Notes: generated by a model from the sequence alone, not told the origin. A stretch of 54,920 nt of DNA from an uncultured Clostridia bacterium (GCA_947589585.1 CANQCA010000001.1:1-54920); one strand, 5' to 3'. Numbered from the stretch's first letter, positions 37,201 to 46,419 are shown. Made by a program: numbers and translations.

Positions 37201-37886
37201 ACATCCCCGAGTGGGATTCGGCAGAGCTTCTCTCCAAGGAAAAGAACGTGCTCGGCGTCTATGTCAGCGGGCACCCGTTCGCGGCCTTTTCCCATGCCTT
37301 CAAGGATTGCAATTTCAACAGCGGCATGCTCGCCGACTTCGAAGAGGACGAAGACACGGGCGATCGGACCTACCATCAGATCAAGAGCGGCGATACGGCC
37401 ACCATGGGCGGGCTCGTCTCCGCGATCAAAAAAGTTGCGACGAAGGGGGGCGCTTTTATGGCCTTCATCACCGTCGAAGATCTCTACGGCAGCGTTGAGT
37501 GCGTCGCGTTTCCCCGCCTCTATGAGAAGGCACGTTCCTTTTTACGGCAGGATGCAGTGGTGCGGATCGGGGGGAAGATCGATATCCAGCCCGAAAAACT
37601 TCCCGTCATCATCCTCGACACGATCGACGAATATGTCCCCGAGAAGAGCGCGCCCGCGCCCGTGCGGGAAGAGACCCGCGAGAAGGTGCTCTGGCTGGAC
37701 GCCCGCACCATGGACGGGGAAGAGTTCGAAGAGCTCCTGGATGCGCTCTCCGAATACGAGGGCACGACCAAGACGAAGATCGTCCGCAGCGAGAAGGAAC
37801 GCTACTCCTACAGCGTCAACCTCTCCCGCGCGCTCATGGCGGAATTGAGGACTTTCCTTCCCGAGAGCTGTATCAAACTTATGTAA
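34251..37886 (+). CDS. dnaE: DNA polymerase III subunit alpha
   Basis: 1211 aa. N-terminal PHP domain FVHLHLHTEYSLLDG, a GPGRGSGVGS / PDFDVDF palm, and a C-terminal OB fold. Confidence 0.93.
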   Translation: MTDFVHLHLHTEYSLLDGAVKVDDLVRHCKANNIDTVAVTDHGNMYASLKFAEKCKKNKIKAIIGCEFYVVDDYRKHIDQHADHLILLAKNKAGYINLVQLDSLAFVDGYYYRPRIDYTVLKEHTEGVICLSACLAGRIPRLLMAGEYEKAKEFALYLQSLFGEDFYIEIQDHGIPEQRQILPDLVRIAREIGAQIVATNDVHYLKKEDWEMQDILLCIQTKRTLDDPARMKMQTHEFYMKSGDEMAAIFKDYPEAISNTRVIADKVSDTDTPFNLKEDGNPVYDKSLIPLYTADDGTPSPEYLTRLTWEGLPKRYEVITDEIRKRAEYELDIIIKMGFADYFLIVWDYINWSRLNDIPVGPGRGSGVGSIVAYAIGITSVDPLRYDLLFERFLNPDRVSMPDFDVDFCTERRGETIEYVRKRYHPENVAQIVTFGTLKSRAVIKDVGRVMRIPYSEVNRVTKVMDGKSTIRELLGLDLEELRAKAEKAKLAADEAERSSPDDEAKIADLKGKYDEAVKKFTETEGKRNPEFIEIYGSDALLKEVIDMGLKLEGMPRNTSMHAAGVVICRKKIADNVPLSRNGEDITTQFDMKEVESIGMLKMDFLALATLTDIKKACDYIYEDTGRRIEFDQACDDPKAYALIAEGDTDAVFQLEQGGMKRFMKQLQPTCLEDLIAGISLYRPGPMDFIPAYLKNREDPAHIKYLTPLLRPILEKTYGVIIYQEQVMQIFQNLAGYSLGQADLVRRAMAKKHLSELMAQKDKFIHGDIDKGGNITGCASKGIPEDVAKELFAQMESFASYAFNKSHAAAYAVVTYQTAYLKKYYPKEFLAGVLNNRIGKIEEIAKYVVYMKEKNIPVYPPDVNESKVYFSVQGGGIRFGLCALRGVGLGAMEGVIEEREKHGKFKDFPDFLMRCTKFCNRRMVESLIFGGAFDGMGYKRSQYNAVYEELMRRIAGMDKQKGSAQISLFGDIIEEEAPEAEYPNIPEWDSAELLSKEKNVLGVYVSGHPFAAFSHAFKDCNFNSGMLADFEEDEDTGDRTYHQIKSGDTATMGGLVSAIKKVATKGGAFMAFITVEDLYGSVECVAFPRLYEKARSFLRQDAVVRIGGKIDIQPEKLPVIILDTIDEYVPEKSAPAPVREETREKVLWLDARTMDGEEFEELLDALSEYEGTTKTKIVRSEKERYSYSVNLSRALMAELRTFLPESCIKLM

Positions 37887-37995
37887 TTTTTTCACAAATG
37901 TGCAAAAAAGGCGCGAAATTTTCTTCCATTTTCGGGAGAAATCTGCTATAATCTTAAATCGGTAACAAACTAAGAGGAAGCTTTGGAGGAACAAA

Positions 37996-38958
37996 ATGAA
38001 GCGTATCGGAATACTCACGAGCGGCGGCGACGCGCCGGGCATGAATGCGGCCATCCGTGCGGCCGTCAGAACGGCTACGGCAAACGGAATGGAAGTTTTC
38101 GGCATCCTGCGCGGTTATACGGGCCTCATCGAAGATACGCTCATCCCCATGGATGAGATGAGCGTGACGGGCATCGCGGGAAAGGGCGGCACCATCCTTC
38201 GCACGGCACGCTGTCTGGAGATGCTCGAAAAGCCGGGGCAGGAGAAGGCCGCATCCACCCTCAGAAGACACAATATCGAGGGTCTTATCGTCATCGGCGG
38301 CGACGGTTCCTTCACGGGCGCCAAGACGCTTGCCGAAAACTACGGCATCGCGGCGGTCGGCATCCCGGGCACCATCGACAACGATCTTGCATATACGGAT
38401 TACACGCTCGGTTTCGATACGGCAGTCAACACCTGCGTCGAAGCGATCGGAAAGCTGCGCGACACGATGGAATCGCACGAGCGAATCTCCGTCGTCGAGG
38501 TGATGGGGCGCCACTGCGGCGACATCGCCTTATATGCGGGGATCGCAACGGGCGCTGAGGCGACCGTCGTTCCCGAAGCTCCCTATGATCTCAACGCCAT
38601 CGCAGAGCGCATCAAAGCGTCGCGCGCCCGTGGAAAGCATTCGGGTATCGTGATCGTGGCGGAGGGCGTCATGAGCGGGGAAGCGTTCGCCAAGCAGCTG
38701 CAGCCCCTGCTTCCCTACGACGTTCGTGCGACCAACCTTGGTCACATCCAACGCGGGGGAACGCCCACCATGGCGGATCGCGTGCTCGGCGCCCGTCTCG
38801 GCAACCGCGCGGCCGAGCTTCTCAAGGAAGGCGTGCAAAACCGCGCCGTCGGCATCCACAAGAACGCGATCATCGATATGGATATCTTCGAAGCGGTCTC
38901 CATGAAAAAACAATTCGACGGAGCGCTTCTCTCCATGCTCCAAACGATCTCCCTCTGA
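37996..38958 (+). CDS. pfkA: ATP-dependent 6-phosphofructokinase
   Basis: MKRIGILTSGGDAPGMNAAIRA..., GGDGS, PGTIDND, MGR motifs. GGAGGA lies upstream. Confidence 0.93.
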   Translation: MKRIGILTSGGDAPGMNAAIRAAVRTATANGMEVFGILRGYTGLIEDTLIPMDEMSVTGIAGKGGTILRTARCLEMLEKPGQEKAASTLRRHNIEGLIVIGGDGSFTGAKTLAENYGIAAVGIPGTIDNDLAYTDYTLGFDTAVNTCVEAIGKLRDTMESHERISVVEVMGRHCGDIALYAGIATGAEATVVPEAPYDLNAIAERIKASRARGKHSGIVIVAEGVMSGEAFAKQLQPLLPYDVRATNLGHIQRGGTPTMADRVLGARLGNRAAELLKEGVQNRAVGIHKNAIIDMDIFEAVSMKKQFDGALLSMLQTISL

Positions 38959-38968
38959 GAGGCCGCAC

Positions 38969-39895
38969 ATGATCCTGACAGTCTGCATGAGCCCAAGCGT
39001 CGATGTCACCTTATCGCTCGATCGGTTTTGCATCGGTAAGATGAATATCGTCAAAGATAAGTCGCGCACATATACGGGGAAAGCCATCAATGTGGCGATC
39101 GGCGTGAGCCGCCTCGGCCGCGAGGTGCATTCGACGGGCTTTATGTACCGGGAAGACGCATCCGCCTTCGAAGAAGAATTGCGCGGAGAGGGGATACGGA
39201 CATCCTTTATCTATAGTGACGGGCGCGTGCGCGAAAACTATAAAATCATCGACGGGAACTCCCTTCTCACCGAGATCAACGGCATCGGCGCACCCGTGGG
39301 GAAGGATAAGCTCGATGCGCTTTTGCAGGCTGTACACACCCTTTCGGGGCAGGCAGACGTCACCGTCGTCTCGGGAGGACTTCCCGAGGGCGTGGACGAC
39401 AGCTTCTACGGCGAGATCTTCAAAGCCGTCGATAAGCATTCCCTCCGCATTGCGGATACCGAGGGGAAGCGGCTGTTTGCGGCCATCGAAGCGGGCGTCG
39501 ACCTCGTCAAACCCAACCGTGAGGAGCTCGAGCATTCCCTCGGGCGCAAGCTGCGGGGAAGGGCGGACGTGCATGCCGCGTGCGGCGAACTTATCGCGCG
39601 GGGGGCAAGGGCAGTGCTGCTCTCCCTCGGCAGGGAGGGGGCCGTCCTCGCGAGCGGGAAGAAGAGCTACTATTGCAAGAGCATCGACGTTCCCGTGTAC
39701 TCTACCGTGGGCGCGGGCGACGGGATGGTCGCGGCGGCTGCAGTCAAAATGCAGGAGGGCGCATCGCTTCCCGAAGTGCTCCGCGCAGGCGTTGCGGCGG
39801 GAACGGCGACGGTCACCCTGCAGGGCGCCGTCTCCTTCACGAAGAAGAAATATTCCGAGATCTACGCCGCACTCTCTGCTTCCGAATTTGAATAA
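38969..39895 (+). CDS. 1-phosphofructokinase-family (PfkB) sugar kinase
   Basis: MILTVCMSPSVDV..., GKAINVA, and a C-terminal TVGAGDGMVAA anion-hole motif. Confidence 0.82.
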   Translation: MILTVCMSPSVDVTLSLDRFCIGKMNIVKDKSRTYTGKAINVAIGVSRLGREVHSTGFMYREDASAFEEELRGEGIRTSFIYSDGRVRENYKIIDGNSLLTEINGIGAPVGKDKLDALLQAVHTLSGQADVTVVSGGLPEGVDDSFYGEIFKAVDKHSLRIADTEGKRLFAAIEAGVDLVKPNREELEHSLGRKLRGRADVHAACGELIARGARAVLLSLGREGAVLASGKKSYYCKSIDVPVYSTVGAGDGMVAAAAVKMQEGASLPEVLRAGVAAGTATVTLQGAVSFTKKKYSEIYAALSASEFE

Positions 39896-39965
39896 TCCAA
39901 GCGTTTTTTGTGTGTAACTTTTGCGCCCTTCGTTTCACAACCAAAATTCGTCATTTTTCCGCACG

Positions 39966-40014
39966 ACCACAAGATATAGTGGTATGCGGAAAATTTTTTA
40001 CCAAAATATGGGGA
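39966..40014 (+). promoter_or_regulatory. two candidate NrdR boxes
   Basis: ACCACAAGATATAGTGGT (39966-39983) and ACCAAAATATGGGGA (40000-40014). Their centres are about 32 bp apart, immediately upstream of the nrdD promoter. Confidence 0.45.
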
Positions 40015-40020
40015 ATTTCC

Positions 40021-40049
40021 TTGACAAGCAAATACCGCCGATGTATAAT
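40021..40049 (+). promoter_or_regulatory. sigma-A type promoter, TTGACA-17-TATAAT
   Basis: Perfect hexamers at 40021-40026 and 40044-40049. Confidence 0.75.
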
Positions 40050-40137
40050 AAAAACGTTCCCTTCCGGGGGGACGATTTTTTCCCTTCCGAGCCGCTTTTT
40101 CTTTTGCGGGACGGGCGAAGGGGGCAAGGAGCGAACA

Positions 40138-42306
40138 ATGAAGATCATAAAAAGAAACGGGGCCGAAGTCGCCTTCGATATCGATAAGATCATAAATGCC
40201 GTACGCAAAGCCAACAACGAAGTGAGCGATATGAACCGTCTTTCGGAGGAGCAGATCGAACGCATCGCCGAAAACGTCGCCGCGCTTGCGGGGGATCTCA
40301 ACAGGGCTGTGAATGTCGAGGAGATCCAAGACTATGTCGAAAACCAGATCATGGACCAAAAGGCGTTTGCCGTCGCGCGCAAATACGTCACATATCGCTA
40401 TGCCCGCGCGCTCGCCCGTAAGAAGAATACCATCGACGATCAGATCCTCACGCTCATCGAGTGCAACAACGAGGAAGTCAAGCAGGAAAATTCCAACAAA
40501 AATCCCACCGTCAACTCTGTGCAGCGGGACTATATGGCGGGCGAGGTCTCCAAGGACCTCACGCGCCGCGTCCTTCTTCCCCGCGAGATCGTCGAAGCGC
40601 ACGATCAGGGCCTCATCCATTTCCACGATATGGACTATTTCGCCCAGCACATGCACAACTGCGACCTCGTCAATCTCGAGGATATGCTGCAAAACGGCAC
40701 CGTGATCTCGGGGACGATGATCGAAAAACCGCATTCTTTTTCTACGGCTTGCAACATTGCGACGCAGATCATCGCACAGGTCGCCTCCAACCAATACGGC
40801 GGTCAGTCCATCTCGCTCACCCATCTCGCACCCTTCGTCGATATCAGCCGCCAAAAGATCCGCGCGGAAGTTTTGGAAGAACTCAAAGACGTCGCCGTCA
40901 TGCAGGATACCATCGATGCGATCACGGAAAAACGCCTGAAAGAAGAGATCAGGAAGGGAATTCAGACCATCCAATACCAGGTCGTCACCCTGCTTACGAC
41001 GAACGGACAAGCTCCCTTCGTCACCGTCTTTATGTATCTCGGTGAAGCGAGAAACGAAAGAGAACGCGACGATCTCGCCATGATCATCGAGGAGACCTTG
41101 CGCCAGCGCATCGAGGGCGTCAAGAACGAATCGGGCGTCTATGTCACACCCGCCTTCCCCAAGCTCATCTATGTGCTCGAAGAAGACAATGTGCGCGAAG
41201 GAAGTAAATATTGGTACCTTACAGAGCTCGCCGCAAAGTGCACGGCAAAGCGCATGGTGCCCGACTACATCTCCGAGAAGAAGATGCTCGAGTTCAAGGT
41301 GGATAAGAACGGTGAGGGGCACTGCTATACCTGCATGGGCTGCCGCAGCTTTTTAACGCCCTATGTCGACGAAAACGGCAAGCCGAAATACTACGGAAGA
41401 TTCAACCAGGGGGTCGTCACCATCAACCTTGTCGACGTCGCGCTCTCCTCGCAGGGGGATATGGAGGAGTTCTGGAAGATCTTCGACGAACGCTTAGACC
41501 TTTGCTACCGTGCACTCCTGTACCGCCACAACAGGCTCAAAGGGACGCTCTCCGACGCCGCGCCCATTCTTTGGCAGTACGGCGCGCTCGCCCGCCTCAA
41601 GAAGGGGGAACCCATCGATAAGCTGCTCTACGGCGGATATTCCACGATCTCGCTCGGCTATGCGGGCCTCTATGAATGCGTCAAATATATGACGGGGAAG
41701 TCGCACACCGATGCCGAGGCCAAGCCCTTCGCGCTCTCCGTGATGCAGCATATGAACGATAAGTGCAAGGAGTGGAAGGCAAAGCACAACATCGATTTCT
41801 CGCTCTACGGGACGCCGCTCGAGAGCACGACCTACCGTTTCGCAAAGTGCCTGCAGCAGCGGTTCGGGATCATCCCCGGCGTCACCGATAAGAATTATAT
41901 CACCAACAGCTACCATGTGCACGTCACGGAAAAGATCGACGCATTCACCAAGCTCAAGTTCGAGAGCGAGTTCCAGCAGCTCTCCCCGGGCGGCGCGATC
42001 TCCTATGTGGAAGTGCCCAACATGCAGGATAACATTCCCGCAGTGCTCGCCGTGATGCAGTACATCTATGAGAACATCATGTATGCCGAACTCAACACCA
42101 AGAGCGACTACTGCCAGGTGTGCGGCTACGACGGCGAGATCAAGATCGTCGAAGAGGACGGAAAGCTCCTCTGGGAATGCCCGCACTGCCACAACCGCGA
42201 CCAGAGCAAGATGAATGTCGCCCGCCGTACCTGCGGCTATATCGGCACGCAGTATTGGAACCAAGGGCGCACGCAGGAGATCCGGGACAGAGTCTTACAC
42301 CTTTAA
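40138..42306 (+). CDS. nrdD: anaerobic ribonucleoside-triphosphate reductase
   Basis: MKIIKRNG..V.FD..KI is an ATP-cone. A C-terminal CxxC...CPHC zinc site and the glycyl-radical motif RRTCGYIG are present. AAGGAG lies at 40126-40131. Track ORF 39910 was trimmed. Confidence 0.92.
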   Translation: MKIIKRNGAEVAFDIDKIINAVRKANNEVSDMNRLSEEQIERIAENVAALAGDLNRAVNVEEIQDYVENQIMDQKAFAVARKYVTYRYARALARKKNTIDDQILTLIECNNEEVKQENSNKNPTVNSVQRDYMAGEVSKDLTRRVLLPREIVEAHDQGLIHFHDMDYFAQHMHNCDLVNLEDMLQNGTVISGTMIEKPHSFSTACNIATQIIAQVASNQYGGQSISLTHLAPFVDISRQKIRAEVLEELKDVAVMQDTIDAITEKRLKEEIRKGIQTIQYQVVTLLTTNGQAPFVTVFMYLGEARNERERDDLAMIIEETLRQRIEGVKNESGVYVTPAFPKLIYVLEEDNVREGSKYWYLTELAAKCTAKRMVPDYISEKKMLEFKVDKNGEGHCYTCMGCRSFLTPYVDENGKPKYYGRFNQGVVTINLVDVALSSQGDMEEFWKIFDERLDLCYRALLYRHNRLKGTLSDAAPILWQYGALARLKKGEPIDKLLYGGYSTISLGYAGLYECVKYMTGKSHTDAEAKPFALSVMQHMNDKCKEWKAKHNIDFSLYGTPLESTTYRFAKCLQQRFGIIPGVTDKNYITNSYHVHVTEKIDAFTKLKFESEFQQLSPGGAISYVEVPNMQDNIPAVLAVMQYIYENIMYAELNTKSDYCQVCGYDGEIKIVEEDGKLLWECPHCHNRDQSKMNVARRTCGYIGTQYWNQGRTQEIRDRVLHL

Positions 42307-42348
42307 GAAAAGGGGAACGGACCCGTACAAGGGCAGTAAAATCATCGC

Positions 42349-42870
42349 ATGAACATTGCCGAAGTCAAGAAAACAGATATCGCAAACGGAGAGGGAGTAC
42401 GCGTTTCCCTCTTCGTTTCAGGCTGTAGACGGCATTGCAAGAACTGCTTCAACGCCGTTGCATGGGATTTTTCCTATGGAAGGCATTTCGACAAAGGATT
42501 CGAAGAGGAGATCTTAAATGCGCTCTCCCCCGACTATATCGCGGGGCTTTCGCTTCTCGGCGGGGATCCCTTTGAGCCCGAGAACCGGGAGGGGCTGCTT
42601 CCGTTTTTGAGAAAGGTCCGCGCCCGTTTTCCCGATAAGACGATCTGGTGCTACACGGGCTATACCTTCGAAGACGGGGGCATCCGCGAGCCGCAGGTGG
42701 GCGGCGAGCGGGCACGCGAGATGATTTCCCTTCTCGACGTCCTCGTCGACGGACCGTTTATCGAAGAACTCAAGGATATCCGCCTCAAATTCCGCGGCTC
42801 ATCCAACCAGCGCGTCATCGATGTGAAACGCAGTTTAGAGCAAAATAGCGTAGTACTATATCTGACATAG
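42349..42870 (+). CDS. nrdG: anaerobic ribonucleotide reductase activating protein (radical SAM)
   Basis: DIANGEGVRVSLFVSGCRRHCKNCFN carries the CxxxCxxC cluster motif. Confidence 0.9.
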   Translation: MNIAEVKKTDIANGEGVRVSLFVSGCRRHCKNCFNAVAWDFSYGRHFDKGFEEEILNALSPDYIAGLSLLGGDPFEPENREGLLPFLRKVRARFPDKTIWCYTGYTFEDGGIREPQVGGERAREMISLLDVLVDGPFIEELKDIRLKFRGSSNQRVIDVKRSLEQNSVVLYLT

Positions 42871-42873
42871 TAC
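42852..42873 (+). repeat. copy e of the recurrent motif (AGTACTATATCTGACATAGTAC)
   Basis: Overlaps the nrdG stop codon TAG (42868-42870). Arms GTACTAT / ATAGTAC are perfectly complementary. Confidence 0.8.
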
Positions 42874-42927
42874 CTCAAATAAAGGCAAGTATCATCAAAA
42901 TATTCAAAAAATTTAAGGAGAATCTAC

Positions 42928-44157
42928 ATGAACAAGCTTCAACTTCGCAGGTATGCAAAGCTTCTCGCCAAGACGGGCGTCAACGTGAGAAAGGGGCAGT
43001 GGGTCATCGTCCAGGCCGAGCTAGACCAGCCCGAGTTCGTCGAGATGGTGGTGGAGGAGCTCTACCGCGCGGGTGCGGGGAAGGTCACCGTCGAGTGGTC
43101 GCACCAGAATCTCATTCCCCTGCACTATAAATATCAAAAGGAGGCAGTGCTCGAGAAATTCGAGAAGTGGGAGATCGCCAAACTCGAACACAGAGTGGAG
43201 GAGCTCCCCGCCATGCTCTATCTTGAATCCGAGGACCCCGACGGGCTCAACGGGATGGATCAGGAACTCTTCACCCGCGTCCGCAGTGCGCGCTCCAAAG
43301 TCATCAAGCCCTTCCGCGACGAGATGGAAAATAAGTACCAGTGGTGCATCGCGGCCGTTCCCGGCAAGGCTTGGGCGAAGAAGGTCTTCCCCGATCTGAA
43401 GCTCGGGAATACGGCTGTCGACTCCCTGTGGGACGCCATTCTGAAGGCTTCCCGCGCCGACGGGCCCGATCCCGTCCGCGCTTGGCTTCACCACAACGAC
43501 GAGCTCGCCGCAAAGTGCGACTATCTGAACCGTTTAAAGCTCGTCTCCCTCGAATATAAGTCCAAAAACGGCACCGATTTCAAGGTCGGGCTCATCGAAA
43601 ACAGCGCCTTCTGCGGCGGAGGGGAGGAGACGATCGACGGGAAATATTTCAACCCGAACATTCCCTCCGAGGAGATCTTCATCTCTCCCAAGGCGGGCGT
43701 TGCGGAAGGTATCGTCTATTCGACGAAGCCGCTCTCCTATCAAGGGGAGCTCATCGAGGACTTCTCCATCCGTTTCGAAGGGGGCAAGGCCGTCGAGGTC
43801 AAGGCGAAGAAGAACCAGCATCTCCTCGAGAAGATGATCGCCATGGACGAGGGCGCCTGCATGCTCGGCGAGTGCGCACTCATCGCCTACGATTCTCCCA
43901 TCAACAATTCGGGCATCCTCTTCTACAATACGCTCTTCGACGAGAACGCGAGCTGCCATCTCGCCTTGGGGCGGGGCTTCAACGAATGCCTGCGCGGCTA
44001 TGAGCATATGTCGAAGGAAGAGATCAAAGCAAAGGGCATCAACGACAGCGTGATCCATGTCGACTTCATGATCGGCTCCGAGGATCTCGAGATCGTCGGC
44101 GTGACAAAGAGCGGCGAGAGGGTGCAGATCTTCAAGGACGGCAACTGGGCTTTCTGA
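42928..44157 (+). CDS. M29-family aminopeptidase (PepS/AmpS-like)
   Basis: 409 aa, LRRYAKLLAKTGVNVRKGQ.V...A......F...V.EE.Y.AGA start, and a C-terminal HLALG...H.D motif. AAGGAGA lies upstream. Confidence 0.85.
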   Translation: MNKLQLRRYAKLLAKTGVNVRKGQWVIVQAELDQPEFVEMVVEELYRAGAGKVTVEWSHQNLIPLHYKYQKEAVLEKFEKWEIAKLEHRVEELPAMLYLESEDPDGLNGMDQELFTRVRSARSKVIKPFRDEMENKYQWCIAAVPGKAWAKKVFPDLKLGNTAVDSLWDAILKASRADGPDPVRAWLHHNDELAAKCDYLNRLKLVSLEYKSKNGTDFKVGLIENSAFCGGGEETIDGKYFNPNIPSEEIFISPKAGVAEGIVYSTKPLSYQGELIEDFSIRFEGGKAVEVKAKKNQHLLEKMIAMDEGACMLGECALIAYDSPINNSGILFYNTLFDENASCHLALGRGFNECLRGYEHMSKEEIKAKGINDSVIHVDFMIGSEDLEIVGVTKSGERVQIFKDGNWAF

Positions 44158-44292
44158 TAACATTCAAGTAAGATATTCGGTCCGTGCGGGAGAAATTTTC
44201 CCGCGCGGGCTTTCAAATTGTAAAAAAATTGTTTGAGGCGGGCCTCAGGCGGTTTATATACAATAGTGATAAATTTGTAAGAGGCGTTTTTT

Positions 44293-45399
44293 ATGATCAG
44301 GATCGATATTTTCTCGGGATTTTTGGGCGCAGGGAAGACGACGCTCATCAAAAAACTCATCAAAGAGGCCTATGCGGGCGAACAGGTCGTTCTCATCGAG
44401 AATGAGTTCGGCGAGATCGGCATCGACGGCGGATTTTTACAGGATGCGGGCATTAAGATCACCGAGATGAACTCGGGATGTATCTGCTGTTCCCTCGTCG
44501 GTGATTTTTCGCGTGCCCTTAAAGAAGTTGCCGAAAAGTTCCATCCCGAGCGCATCATCATCGAGCCCTCGGGCGTGGGAAAGCTCTCCGACGTCATCAA
44601 GGCCGTTCAGCGCGCAGCCGTTCCCGATAGCAAGCTCAACGCCTTCTGCACCGTCGTCGACGCAAAAAAATGCAAGATGTACCTCAAAAACTTCGGCGAA
44701 TTTTTCCTCGATCAGGTGGAGAATGCGAGCTGCATCGTCCTCTCGCACACCGCGGATGCAAGCAAGGTGGCGGAAGCCGTCGCGCTTTTGAAAGAACATA
44801 CATCCGTTACCATCGTCACCACCGATTGGGAGAAGCTCGCGGGCAAGGATATCCTTTCCGCCATGCAGCAGACGGAGCCGCTCGAAGCAGAGCTTAAACG
44901 CCTTGCCGAGGAAGCGCACGAGGAACATGAGCATCATCACCACCACCACCATCATCATGATGAAGATGAAGACGATGACGAAGAGGAGCATGAGCACCAT
45001 CATCATGACGACGATGACGAGGACGATGACGAAGAGGAGCACGAACACCATCACCACCATCACCATCATCATGACGGAGAGGAGTGCGACGACCCCGCAT
45101 GCGAATGTCACCATCACCACCATCATGCCGACGAAGTCTTCACGAGTTGGGGAAGGGAGACGGCCAAAGTCTTCTCGAAAGAGGAACTCGAAAAGATCCT
45201 CAAGGCGCTCGATGCGGGCGAATACGGGCAGATCCTCCGCGCAAAGGGCATCGTGGACGGTAAAGACGCATGGCTTTACTTCGACTATGTCCCGGGGGAG
45301 ATCGATATCCGCACAGGCTCACCCGCCGTCACGGGCAGGCTTTGCGTCATCGGTTGCGATCTGAATGAAACCAAGCTCGAGGAGCTTATTCTCAAGTAA
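44293..45399 (+). CDS. COG0523 (CobW/YjiA-type) GTPase metallochaperone with a His/Asp/Glu-rich insert
   Basis: GFLGAGKTTL (Walker A), ENEFGE, GCICCS (CxCC). There is a ~75-aa insert HEEHEHHHHHHHHHDEDEDDDEEEHEHHHHDDDD...CECHHHHHH, then a CobW_C-like end. Confidence 0.82.
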   Translation: MIRIDIFSGFLGAGKTTLIKKLIKEAYAGEQVVLIENEFGEIGIDGGFLQDAGIKITEMNSGCICCSLVGDFSRALKEVAEKFHPERIIIEPSGVGKLSDVIKAVQRAAVPDSKLNAFCTVVDAKKCKMYLKNFGEFFLDQVENASCIVLSHTADASKVAEAVALLKEHTSVTIVTTDWEKLAGKDILSAMQQTEPLEAELKRLAEEAHEEHEHHHHHHHHHDEDEDDDEEEHEHHHHDDDDEDDDEEEHEHHHHHHHHHDGEECDDPACECHHHHHHADEVFTSWGRETAKVFSKEELEKILKALDAGEYGQILRAKGIVDGKDAWLYFDYVPGEIDIRTGSPAVTGRLCVIGCDLNETKLEELILK

Positions 45400-45400
45400 T

Positions 45401-46348
45401 ATGGTAAAGGAAATTCCCGTCTATCTCTTCCTCGGCTTTTTGGAAGCGGGGAAGACAAAATTCATACAGGAGACGCTCGAGGATCCCCGCTTCGACGAAC
45501 CGCGTGAGCGGACGCTCCTTCTCATTTGCGAAGAGGGGGAGGAGGAATACGACCCCGCCCGTTTTGCGGTGAAGAGTATCGCCGTCGAGACGCTTTCGCA
45601 GGATGAGATCACCTTGGAGAACCTCTCAGCCCTTGCAAAAAAACACCGTCCCGGGCGCATCGTCGTCGAATACAACGGCATGCTCACCCTCGATAAGTTC
45701 TTCGAGGCGATGCCCGACGGCTGGCTCATCGCGCAGACGATGACCTTCTTCGATTCGAATACCTTTCTGCAATACAACCAAAACATGCGCCAGCTCGTGT
45801 TTGATAAGGTGCAGTTCGCGGACATGGTGGTATTCAATCGTTTCAAGGGGGAATTTTCCAAAGAGGAATTCCATAAGATCATCCGCGCCGTCTCGCGCCG
45901 CCCCGGGATCGTCTATGAATACGTCGGCGGCAATGCGGAATACGACGACATCGTCGACCCGCTTCCTTTCGATATCGATGCGCCCATCATTGAGATCGCA
46001 GATAAAGACTATGCCTTTTTCTACCGGGATCTCGTCGAAGATATGCAAAAATACGACGGAAAGACGGTACGCTTCAAGGGTCTTGTCGCAACGGATAAAA
46101 GCCTGAAGCGGGGCACGATCGTCGTCGGGCGGCATGTGATGACCTGCTGCGAAGCGGATATCACCTACAGCGGGCTCGTATGTCTGCACGATCCTTTCCT
46201 CACGTTCAGGATGCGGGAGTGGGTCATGGTGACGGCGAAGATCTCGATCGAGCGCCATCCCGTCTATGGGCAGGAGGGGCCCGTTTTGCGGGCGACTTCT
46301 GTCACGCAAACCACGCCACCCGAACAAGAACTTGCGACATTTTTCTGA
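45401..46348 (+). CDS. second COG0523-like GTP-binding protein lacking the CxCC motif
   Basis: GFLEAGKTKFI (Walker A). ICEEGEEEYD replaces ENEFGE and no CxCC is present. The C-terminal part has VMTCCEADI. The ATG lies 2 nt after the previous stop. Confidence 0.65.
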   Translation: MVKEIPVYLFLGFLEAGKTKFIQETLEDPRFDEPRERTLLLICEEGEEEYDPARFAVKSIAVETLSQDEITLENLSALAKKHRPGRIVVEYNGMLTLDKFFEAMPDGWLIAQTMTFFDSNTFLQYNQNMRQLVFDKVQFADMVVFNRFKGEFSKEEFHKIIRAVSRRPGIVYEYVGGNAEYDDIVDPLPFDIDAPIIEIADKDYAFFYRDLVEDMQKYDGKTVRFKGLVATDKSLKRGTIVVGRHVMTCCEADITYSGLVCLHDPFLTFRMREWVMVTAKISIERHPVYGQEGPVLRATSVTQTTPPEQELATFF

Positions 46349-46419
46349 GATTTTCTCCGATGAGAGCAAAATTTATGTAAAAAAAACCAAAAATTTGTGA
46401 AAAAAATTACTTTTGGATA

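Noticed and set aside
44158-44292. Possible Zur box upstream of the COG0523 genes
   Set aside because: AT-rich strings (CAAATTGTAAAAAAATTGTTTG, ACAATAGTGATAAATTTGTAA) were examined. Neither forms a convincing palindrome nor matches the Firmicute Zur consensus as I remember it.
44925-45125. CAT/CAC/GAT/GAA-rich low-complexity DNA
   Set aside because: It is not a non-coding microsatellite. It is in frame and encodes the His/Asp/Glu insert of the COG0523 GTPase.
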